DNA from: Chrysomallon squamiferum
Lineage: Eukaryota; Animalia; Mollusca
Length of the DNA stretch: 64,000 nucleotides
Direction: 5' to 3'
Assembly: GCA_012295275.1 (NCBI GenBank)
Contig: CM022672.1
Coordinates: 28,520,001-28,584,000, forward strand
Shown here: one piece after another, positions 42,387 to 53,547 of the stretch
How the letters are laid out: each line of letters starts with the position of its first letter
Numbering within the stretch: position 1 is the stretch's first letter
Program-made: the position numbers and the translations under genes
The notes under the pieces: model-generated
The model's input: only the letters and a program-made list of their open reading frames with translations
Told to the model about the DNA's origin: nothing
Databases searched by the model: none

Positions 42387-45300
42387 TTATGTTTATGTGT
42401 GTATTGTGTGATACAATCTGTGAACCAATCATTATGCATATGCCTAAACAAATCAGTCATTTTGCAACACATTGCCTGTGATCATCCAGCGATATGTGAA
42501 ATGAATGAAAATTCCAGGCATTTCACCATGAAAATGACTGAAGTGTTAACACCTGTAAAAAGGCTTTTGGTTTTACCACTTAATATGAATTATTTATTAT
42601 TATACAATACTTTAAACACTGCTGTTTAATATTCAATGTTTGCATTAGTTTCAGATTAAAGAATCTTATGTAAAATATGCTTAGTAACAATTGAATATTA
42701 CTAACAAATGGCTCTCTGGTTTATTCTTAAGGGTCATTCCATGTCAAATCACCCAATGGTTTAAACCCGACCGTCTCAGATTTTTGTGAAACTCGGTATA
42801 CTTGTTGACTGGGATCCCACAGCACCAAATTTGAAATTTTAGCCCAATCAGAACAGTGGTGTGGGAGATACGGCCCACCGAATTTTGAGATTTTTGCCAA
42901 AAATGGGTGTGACCACCAACCTTAGAACCCTCATATCTCAGGAACTACTGGGCCAATCTTCATAAAATTGGTATTGTTAGAAAGGCAAAATGACAAGGAT
43001 ACCAAATCTGCCATTTTTGTTTAGTTTGGAAAATATTGGAGTACCTTGACCTTTTGACCTTTGCTATGACCTTGAAATTGACCGTGTGGATCACGTGATC
43101 TTGAGATGACCTTTATTGAAATTTAATCTCCCACGTGTTAACTAAAACATATAAAAGTTTCCTGGGTGTAATATTTTTTGTTTAGCCACAATATAGATTT
43201 AAAAAATGCACATACATGAAAATAACACCTTTTCAGCCATTAACATCTGATTAACTAAAACCTGAATGATCAATTCTGGATGCTAGAAATCACCATCTCT
43301 CTTGATCATCAAGTAAGACATTGTAGGCCTACATGTATGCATAAAGTTCACATATAAAAGTTTCCTGGGTATAATATTTTTTGTTTAGCCATAATAGAGA
43401 TTTAAAAAAATGCATACCTGCATGGATGATTGATACAATGCATTACAATGTACATTTTCTCTGAGACTAAAAACTCATCTTTGGAGTTAAAACCCCACCT
43501 GACATGTCTGAAGGAATGTCTGAAGGATATGAAAAGATGCCAAATGGCATGACATGTTCTACACAATCAGGCTCAAAGGGTTAACAGGAAGTGATGCTTC
43601 AGGCAGGTCAGGAACTCCTTTAGATTCCCTGGTGCAATCCCCATTGAACATGGCAATTAGAAGTTTAAGACAAAGAAGTTTCTTCATCTGCATTTCTTTG
43701 ACAATCTGAAGCTTTTTAAGTTGGACACAGTGTCAGATGTTGATATATAAACAATATTTTTATTTCATAAAACCTATTAAGTAATTTTATCATGTCATGT
43801 GGGCCTTGCCATTGGTTTTGAACAAGGTTTCAGTCAACAACAGTATAACCCAATCTGAAATCAGACGTCATCAAGTGATGTACTGCATAATGTATTTGTA
43901 CACCCAGTCTTCGGCACAGAGTATGAACAAGGTCTACTTCACCTTAATAAATTGTGATTTATACTTGAGAAGATTGACATAAATGCCCAAGACTTGTGGG
44001 CCTTTGGCAATAACACATGTACTCTGCTGCCATTTTATGACCTGCTTAACTTTACTGAAAGGGTTTCAGGATTTGATTTAATATTTAGGAAAGCACTGAC
44101 TTTGTTCTATTGAATTGAAGGTGCAGGCCAATACTGAAAATCCTTATTTCGTCCAGGGCTAACTACAGCTTTAACTCTCCTGAAAATGTGTGTTATCAAC
44201 ACCATCATATCAAAAAGGGGTTGTTGCGAAGTGTATGGAAAACTGAGGAAGTCGAAGTGGGATCAAAACACGGGACATCAAGAGTATCATGAACAAGAAC
44301 TTTTCATCAAATTTTCAACATTGCAGAAAAACTGTTGTGATCCCCTTAATCGCCACCCTGAGCAACCACGCACTAGATCTTTAAGAATTGTTAGCATGGG
44401 CACTTACAAATGCTTAGTAAATCCTCCAAAGACACTAGTGCCAGGAGACAAGTTGTGCTGTGACTGTCTGATTACCCTTCAGAAATCAAAGGTCCTGCAG
44501 AGGATGGCTTTAGTATGGGTGGTATTACAATGGGAGAATTTGATAACTTGCCAGACAAACCACTGGTTGTTGTTTCCCCAGAAAAGGACTTTGATTTGAA
44601 TTCTATTCTGTTGAGTTTAGGTGAAACTCCTGTCAAACTCCATTCACTAGCACATTCTAGTAAATGAATGAAAGGACAGAAAAAAACTAGCATCAGCTAC
44701 AGTAACATTAAAATGACATCTTAATGTCTGAATCCTACCCAGAGTGTGTGCAAATCTTGATTTTGTCACCCTTTACCATTGAAAGGACAATGAATTGAAG
44801 GAGGAAATAATCCAATTTTATGAAAGTGATGAGAATGTGTCTGGGAATGAAGGATACAGTCAGCGTTTGAAACAAACATAGTGAGAAGGTTAAGCATCAG
44901 AAACACCTAGTTCTCTCAAATTTATGTGAACTTTATGCATACATGTAGGCCTACAATGTCTTACATGATGATCAAGAAAGATGGTGATTTCTAGCATCCA
45001 GAATTGATCATTCAGGTTTTAGTTAATCAGATGTTAATGGCTGAAAAGGTGTTATTTTCATGTATGTGCATTTTTTAAATCTATATTGTGGCTAAACAAA
45101 AAATATTACACCCAGGAAACTTTTATATGTTTTAGTTAACATGTGGGAGGTTAAATTTCAATAAAGGTTATTTCAAGATCACGTGATCCACATGGTCAAT
45201 TACAAGGTCATAGCAAAGGTCAAAAGGTCAAGGTACTCCAATATTTTCCAAACTAAACAAAAATGGCAGATTTGGAATCCTTGTCATTTTGCCTTTCTAA

Positions 45301-48300
45301 CAATACCAATTTTATGAAGATTGGCCCAGTAGTTCCTGAGATATAAGGGTTCTAAGGTTGGTGGTCACACCCATTTTTGGCAAAAATCTCAAAATTCGAT
45401 GGGCCGTATCTCCCACACCACTGGTCTGATTGAGCTACAATTTCAGATTTGGTGCTGTGGGATCCCAGTCAACAAGTATACCAAGTTTTATAAAAATCTG
45501 ACACGGAATGACCCTTAAACATACAAAACATTGTTGATGTCTTGTTATCTAGGAGCTTCTTTTCATCCCTGATTAGTGGTAACTGTTTAGTGATTTATTC
45601 TCAAACCTAGCCTTGCTTTGTATTTATATTCTGGATGAAGACATAGTTACTTTCTGTGATTTCTTCAAATCTGTGATTATACCACATTAATTTCATACTG
45701 ACATATAAAAATTAACATGTTTATGAAGTTTGTAGAAAAGTGTTATTCCAAATCTTCAGCAAAAAATGTTTATATCATAATGCTAAATCATAAAACAGCA
45801 GAAACTGATAGTGGAACTAACAGCAGACTTGGATTGTATCTGTTATCAAAGTAAGTGTGTTTCAATATGTTCAATGTGTTCTGTTAGTGATGTGGTGATT
45901 CTTTGATAAATTCTGATGTTACAGTATTTCTCCGAGATAAATGCACCAGTCTACTGATACTCAGAGCTCAATAATATAGCACATTATATGGTGTTTCTTT
46001 AAGAATAAACCAGACAAATGAATAAAAACATCTTTTGCTAGTAATATTCAAGTGTTATTAAGCATATTTTGTTTAAGATTCTTTAATTTGAAACAGCAAA
46101 AATTGAATATTAAGTTATTATGTAATAATAAAGATCATATTGAGTAGAATTTTAAATCTTATCATTGGTATACTTTGTTCTTAAACTGTGACTTTATCAA
46201 TATTTAAGACAAAAAGTCTCTATGCAATAAGACCTCAATCATTTTAGTCATTTTTGCTTAATACCTGACAATGATTTTTCTTTCATTTCATGAAAAGCTT
46301 GTAGTTTTCAGTCATTTCATGTATTGCCTGGTGTTCAGAGGAACTTCACAAAATGACTGATTTGTTAGTCATTATGTGTAATATCTCGTTTCACAGATTG
46401 ACTTTAACACACACACACACACACCTGTATATTATAATACCCCATTTTATGTCATTTGGGCTTTCATTATACTAAAGCATTTTTAGGGGCAAATCACAAG
46501 GTAAATAATATAAATTTTATTAATTGTTTAAAAAATGTGATTTAAAATGTTTCTTTAGTAATATTCTTTTGTGAATTATCAATGCTATATTTTATAGTGT
46601 TTGTCATCATTTTAAGGCATTTTTAAAGCATTATGTCCAGCTTATATCAAAAACCTTTTGGTCATGGTTTTTTGAACCAATTAATGATGTAACAAGGGGT
46701 ATGTCGATTTATATATATATATGTAATGCATGTCATGTGAAGAAGGTCATGTAAGACTTTAATCAACTCTTGGTATAATTAAATTTCATTTAAATGTTTT
46801 AATGAAGAATTTTGAGTGATTACCTATTACAAATAATTATTCCTACTGCTATTTATTCTTTAAGGAAAGTATCAAATGCATGTCAAACTATAATGATTCT
46901 AATTAAAATTCATTTTATGCTTTGGACAAAAGGGCTTATATACAGATAAACTTGGATTCTGCTTAATTATAAACTCTATGACAAAATGGTTAAAAATATA
47001 TTGCTTGTCATAATGGAAATGTTTTGTTCTAATTGTAAATTAGTCTATCCACCTACTGCATTCCTCAGTTTATACTGCTCCAGTAACAAAGGGATAACTT
47101 TTCTAATCATTGTAGAGTAGGCAAGGTCTGATGTCTCAGCTACTGACAACAACAATCGCCCACTTAGATGAAGCAATTGGCAATCTGGTTCACACAGATA
47201 ATGTCTACAATCTGAAAAAAGATCAAAAGTACTTATAAACAAATTGCATGAATATTAAAAATCTTCTGACCAACATAAATCCAAACAGACTAAGACACTT
47301 AATGTTTGACTTTTTGAATAAAATATATAAAATTTTCAACAAATTCTGACTTGTGTTATTTTAATAAATATTTAAGGGAATAATAACACGAGAAGCTGAG
47401 AAATCTCTAACCATCTTAATAGAAAAGTTTTAAAAGAAAAACAGATGCTTTATAATTAAACAGACCTTGCCAAACATCTTCAAGAAAATTCTGAAATGAA
47501 GTTTGTGTTGAATTCTTCAGCACATCTTGTGACAAAGTTCTCACTATAGCTTTTAGAGCAGAAACAGCAGACATTACTACCTCAGCATCACTGGATGTTA
47601 GTATCTGTAAGAGAACACTTTTTAATACAATATATATATTTTTTTTTTTATATTTGCAGCAATAGAAATATAACAATTTTACCTTCAATTTCTGTATTTA
47701 TTTATGTAACTTTGTAATATTTACCGTTGTTATGTCATAAATAATTCGAAATTTATACTGTATGATTTTTCACAAATAATTTCACATTTACATTCAACAT
47801 TATAAAAAAATATTTATTCATTATCACAACAAACAGCTGATATGTAACTTCTGTATTATAACACATAAAATGACTTGTATTCAGTAGCAACAAAACATAA
47901 TTCTTGACAGTTACGTTTATTATGACTAGAACATAACTATAGATTCAGTTAAATAATGATTAAAGTAATTTACAATAATTAATATTGCTACTTTAGTGAT
48001 ACAATCATAGCTAACCTCCCTTTTGATGCATGAGAATAAGGAACCAAGAAATTCATATAAACATTTGGATCCATAAACTTCTGCACATGCAGCCTGAAAT
48101 TTTAAAATGATAAATAAATTATAAACACACATTTTTCTTAACTTATTATAATGAATCAAAATGAAATATTGCTTGACATACTCTATAATTTACTAAACTA
48201 ATAATAGTATTTGTTGCTGGTCAGAATTTACAGTCAAAAGTTATTGCATATCAATGATAATCTTGATAAAAGTAGTTCAATTTCATTTATAACAGTCAGT

Positions 48301-51300
48301 AAATTACTACAAATTAATATTTATAAATCACTACTTTAATTTTGTTATAATAAATAATAATTAAAATTGACATATAACTGAAATCAGATTAGAATCAATG
48401 AGTATGCTGCAATAAGAATTATCACAACGAGAACTCAGAAAAATGATCCTACAACCATTTAAGTCCTCTGATCAGTCAATGTCTAATATAAACTGAATTA
48501 AATTTCTAGAAAATACAAGAAATATTGATGTGAATATTACAAGTGTCTGAAAAGAGTCTATTTTGGCAGTCTGAACATCAGAGGACATTTTTTCAATAAG
48601 CAGAGGGAGGCAGAAGGGACCAAAATCAGACAGTGATGAAAGACAGTCTCTCAGTGCCACTGTCAGATCCTCACGGGTTATCTGGTTAGGATCGTCTGAC
48701 GTCTGCAGAGTAAAACAAATTGTTGATGAATTAATACTGGAGTTGCTAGTACTGTTGAAAGAACAAAATGTTAAGCCAAATATTCACATATAAATTTTAA
48801 AATAACTTTTCAAATTACAAAACCATGTATCAAAAGAAATATTAAATTATAATTTTTAATACTTACTGGAGAAAAATCAATAGGAAAATAGCATGACACA
48901 ATTTCAAACATTTCTTCAGTGAAAACTCCTGAAATCATCAAAAAGTTTTACAAAATTTAACAAAGAGTTAAAATATAATTAAACTGTGCTAATAGGGAAA
49001 GACTGAAATAAAAATCTGCCTATTAAACTGTGTATCAAAATCTGTCAGACTAGGGTTCTTTCATGAAAGTTGTATTTATTTTTCTGTAGAAACTCATTTT
49101 CCATTCAAAGGAAACAGTCTGCCAATTGATTCCAAAGGTATTAAATCAACAAGATAGCAAGCAGTTCCAACAGTAAAAATACATGTATTTAGATGTTTAT
49201 ACTTGAGTAAAGCAGTATACTGGATGTTTTCAAAAATGAAATTGCTTAAAGCTTCTTGTAAACACAGCTGTCAACAATCATTTGAGAAGCATGGTTTTGA
49301 ATTATACTTTTATTTATTTTTATCTGAATATTTTTACTTACTACGATGACCACTGAAACATTATATACTACAAAAAGATGTTACATAATTTTTTTTAATA
49401 ATTTGCAGTTAAATAATATACTAGAAAAAACACGAAATACCTTTTGAAAACGTGATTTGTTTTGTTGGGTTTTTTATAGTAAACTTGACACAAAAAGAGT
49501 TAAATGATCAAAATACTACAGTATAAAAAAATGTTATACCTAGTGAAAAATTGTTTATAGTTGTTTTAGCCACACTGAAGGCTAGAATCAGATTTCTGGG
49601 ATCTTTTTCCATGTCCATGGTCTGAATAAATCCGTACACAAAATCGCTTCCCATTTTCTGTAATTCTAAAATGTAACACTGTAATAACTATTTATATTCA
49701 GATATTAGAAAATTAATTGCAAGAAGAAAGAAATTATTATTGTGAATTTATATTTAAAGAAAAGAATTAAACAAAAAACAAAAACTAAAATTAAACAATA
49801 TTTGAATTCTTGTTATTTATTTGCCACTAATAATATACATTTCATTATTTGCTAAATTTGATTTAAAAAGAAACCATAATTTCACAAAAACATTAACATT
49901 ATTTAAATAGTTCAAGTGTTAAAAGAATATGAAAATGAGATACTATTACAAAACGAAGAAACCTGATGCTATTAATGATAATATCTATTACATGCAAGTT
50001 ACCATTCATTCTGTGTTGTAACAACAGTGACAAGATCATGTAAACAGTATATCTATCTTTCTGGGCCAATGACATGCAGTGAACTTCTTTGAAAATCTGT
50101 CGACAAATCTTCTCAGCATTTCCACTTGTCAGGTTGTAGCACTTGCTCTGCATATCAAAAAATAACATTTTTATCCAGTTATAAAAAAAAATGAAATTTA
50201 AATTAATGTTAATAATAACAAAATAAATATAAAGATTATCATTATTTAGTAATTAATTTTAAAAATCATGCAAAGAAAGGTATTTAATGAAAGGTAAATG
50301 TCTAAATAAAATTAAATTGAAATTAAAGAGAAATAAATGATGTCTAACTGGTACTTCAATTTATGCAACAGTTCACTCTGATGAAATTTGTTTGAAATAT
50401 AAAACTACATTTTTAATAACTGATTTTAAGCTCTGGTGTTATGTTCTGAATTCTAACATGATATAACACTGACATCATTTCATAACAGGTCATAAAAAAA
50501 AAAAAATGTAAGACTCATTATAAAGAAAATGGTGTTGTGAATGAAAACACTGCATTGTTTTTAAACTTACTAAAGCCACTAATCCATGTAAAGCATGAGG
50601 CTGTATGGAATGGTGATCACTGAGCTTTTCACAGAAAAAAATGTTGTCAAGAGATCCACTGTAAAGGTTAAAAAAAAAGCATTCAAAACATAAATTTTAT
50701 TAAGACTGGTATCAATTAACAACTAATGTTTATTTATGTAAATTGTTTCTTCAAATCAAATTATGTTCTCCAATGAATATTTTGATAATTGCAGTACATT
50801 CTAATTACATGATATACAAATTCTGAACTAATGTCAAATAATGAAATAAATGAACAAAGAAAATATTCGAATCAAAATTTCTTACTCAAATTTTAATCAG
50901 CTTGTCTAATAGATCTGTCTCTATAAGTACTCCTAACTGGTACAGATGTGTTAATATTGTTTTTAAACTGGTCTGGGATTATGGTTACTGAAAGAAAACC
51001 AGTTTTGTTACCATCATTTTCACTGAGAAGCTGGTCAGCCACAAGATGAAGTATCTGAGATAACAGTTGTGTTGCTCTGCCTCTTGTACTTGATTCAGTG
51101 TTAGTTAACAGATGTCTGTAAACAATTAATATCATATTTTATTTATTTCTAGATATTTGGCATCTGTCAAGTTTCAACTGGCAAATACTGTAATTTATAT
51201 TCAAAATAAATTGCATAACTGAATAGAGAAATCAAGTTATTCTATGTATTTATTATTATTATTATAATTTGTTTTTGTAATAAAAAAGAGACAAATTTCA

Positions 51301-52040
51301 CAAGTAGCTATTACACATGAGTTTCTACATAATGTGTGTACAATAATGCAAATATCACAGTACAAAAAGCAGTGATTTTGTTCAGTCATTATATTTAAAC
51401 AGTATGCTTACCCTAAAGCCTCTATTAATTCCAAAAGGGTTAACTTGCCATTGATCATAACTGTCAAATATAAAAATTATATAACAATAAAAATGCAGAG
51501 AAGTGTCTGTGTAAGTGTGTGAGAGAGACAAAGAAAGAATGTGTGAACAAAAATATACAAACAGATTACTATACTTGACTTTCCATGTCATTGTTTTACT
51601 TTTGTTCCTAGTAAAATATAAAAATAATTGAATAAATATAATTTATAAAGACCAAAGTCTCGAATGATGTAGGCTTCATTTTCCTTTCTTTTTTATGACA
51701 TCAAGTTATAAGATAAAAACAGTTATAAAAAAAAAATAATAATAATAATATATTGATAAGCTGTGCATTTATAATTTGCTACTAGATTTTACTGTTCTTC
51801 ATTATCAATATTATGATTATCATTATGATCATGTCAAATGATTTCCACATTTATTTTCTGACAAAAATTATTATAATAGATAATAAACATATGTATATGA
51901 TTAGTTGGAAACAGATCTTTAGCTTGCGTATTTGCATCTATTTATTTTAAATAAAAACCTTCTGCTAACTGATGAAGAGAAGAATCTGTCAATTCTTCAA
52001 CAAAATTATCCATAATTGTGCTCCACACGGGGGTCGCCAT
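35908..52040 (-). CDS. MMS19: MMS19 cytosolic iron-sulfur assembly component (HEAT-repeat protein), ~1015 aa, 25 coding exons
   Basis: Exons 52040-51959, 51460-51412, 51115-51012, 50658-50571, 50147-50003, 49665-49540, 48928-48867, 48702-48541, 48093-48016, 47604-47466, 47211-47057, 42280-42202, 42021-41814, 41432-41335, 41123-40983, 40664-40433, 39677-39563, 39264-39193, 38882-38756, 38563-38397, 37938-37755, 37359-37280, 37002-36835, 36526-36366, 35935-35908. Diagnostic motifs FVYGFIQTMDMEKDPRNLILAF, EEMFEIVSCYFPIDF, LPLLIEKMSS, GIVNK, WIWLTKALVLRSHP, IMYRQRLF and LDDKKRLVRKHAVITRGNW. Phases are consistent except for a T7 run in exon 4. Confidence 0.95.
42349..42384. repeat. (CA)n microsatellite in MMS19 intron 11
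   Basis: Seen directly. Confidence 0.95.
42731..45514 (+). mobile_element. Sola2-type DNA transposon, internally deleted and non-autonomous, 2784 bp
   Basis: TTAA duplication at 42727-42730 and 45515-45518; termini GGGTCATTCC...GGAATGACCC; near-identical TIRs at 42731-43354 and 44923-45514; internal transposase remnant. 5'-GRG termini, a 4-bp TSD and very long TIRs fit Sola2. Sola3 is not excluded. Confidence 0.8.
44333..44940 (+). pseudogene. Truncated Sola2-like transposase N-terminus
   Basis: CCDPLNRH...LRIVS...LVPGDKLCCDC (Cys/His zinc motif), LNSILLSLGETPVKLHSL, and EEIIQFYESDE/RMC.GMKDTVSV*...KHQKHLVLSNLCELYA, with stops and frameshifts. It breaks off at the right TIR before any catalytic domain. 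Confidence 0.7.
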
Positions 52041-52351
52041 TTTGTTATACTGCATCAAACCAAAATATTTTTTACTGTACAAATACGTTTTATTAAATAC
52101 TGTATTTATTTGCATACTAATGGTAGTAACAAAATTATTTAAAATAATTAAACTGTAATAAAAGGCATACACATTTTTTTCATCTTCTTCTTTTTATTTT
52201 TTTAATGTAAATTAAACCAATGAACATCGGTTGTTTCTTCGCTGTCATATTTGACGTCACATTGATCTGTAAGGTGTTCACAGGCCATTGTAAATTTTCG
52301 GGAATTCCCTGAAAATAAGATCGGACAGCCCTTTCCCCTCCCTGTATTAAA
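52041..52351. promoter_or_regulatory. Bidirectional promoter and 5' UTRs of MMS19 and UBTD
   Basis: Only 311 bp between divergent ATGs (52040 minus, 52352 plus); local CpG enrichment; CCAAT at 52217-52221; full CRE TGACGTCA at 52252-52259; GGGAATTCCC at 52300-52309; YY1-like AAAATGGCG over the MMS19 ATG. Confidence 0.75.
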
Positions 52352-53504
52352 ATGGGAGGGTGCATTGGGGCTCACAGAGACAATGGTCCTCCGTCTGGCG
52401 AATCTTCAGACGTGACAGGTATGATACAACATGGTAGGTTTTGATATTATTTTGTTTTGGTTCTGTTTTGTTCGTTTCCATTTTTTTTTTTTCAAGATTC
52501 ATTGATTGGTTTTAGTTTCAAGTTAGAATGTATTACAACCGTCTGTCGTGATAACAGCTATCACTGTATCATTATATTTATAATTTATCTGACGTTGAAA
52601 TTCGTTGTAAGTACCCATCAAAGCGGAAGCGAAAAATAAAAGATATTGATCAGACAGCATGAATGCTGCTGCTGTTGTTGAATGATTGCAGCCAACACTG
52701 GCAGCAGGACAAAACCCTTGAAAACGTTGTAATATGGTTATTATTTTATAGTTATTAAATTTTGTTTGCTTGTTTTTTTAATTTGTAGAGAGATTTTATA
52801 TCTGTGTTTATGTTTATATATAATGTGTGGAGACATAACTCAAATGTGGATAACCCATTTATAATTACATTGGACGAGATTGGTTACTATATTAACTGCT
52901 ACATAGCAAAATTAACTGTTAAAATTGTTTAATTTTACAGATCAAAGTATATTTAACTATACAAATTTTTTCACTAAACCTTGTCAGTTCAGTATATATA
53001 TTTATTTTAATATTTTTCTTTCAACCTTGCATGAATTTGACATAGCATTTTTTAATGCATATACATTTTTTTTTTATGCTGTCTGTTAATCAGTATATCT
53101 GTTTCCTAATATTCAGTACTTAGGAATGATAGAATGTCTACATCAACATGCATTTCTATATTTATAAAATGCATAAACTATAACGGTTACTATAAATTTT
53201 ATATTTATAATTTATTCCAAATGTTAGGGAAATACTTGACTCTGAATTAAAAAGGTAGGTTTATATATGTAGGAATATCATTCATTGCTGATACTTTTAG
53301 TTGTGTGTTTAGAGTTCTTGTTAGGGTTTATTTTCACATATTACATTATATTCAGATAATGACAAAATAGATTATGCAGTAAGAAATTGCAAAACACAGA
53401 TAATCTGTAATTCCAGTAATAATGCCGTTCATGCTTTTAGCCAATAAAATTTAATAAAAACAAAAAAACCCCAGTATTTTAGAATGTATTTTAAAAATGT
53501 TATG

Positions 53505-53547
<43 letters not shown>

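Larger units (their letters stand above)
42411..46403. mobile_element. Older non-autonomous inverted-repeat element (possibly Kolobok-like), interrupted by the Sola element
   Basis: Left arm ~42411-42730 matches the reverse complement of ~45995-46403. Examples: 42648-42706 vs 46036-46094 (52/59 identical by manual alignment); tctggtttattcttaa vs ttaagaataaaccaga; caatctgtga vs tcacagattg. The right end reads TTAA-AGTCAATC on the minus strand (TTAA plus an RR terminus, as in Kolobok); the left end is degenerate. Confidence 0.6.

Noticed and set aside
42727-45518. Classifying the TTAA-flanked element as piggyBac
   Set aside because: piggyBac ends are typically 5'-CC(C/Y) with short TIRs. Here the ends are 5'-GGG, the TIRs are ~600 bp, and the coding remnant has Sola2-like rather than piggyBac motifs.
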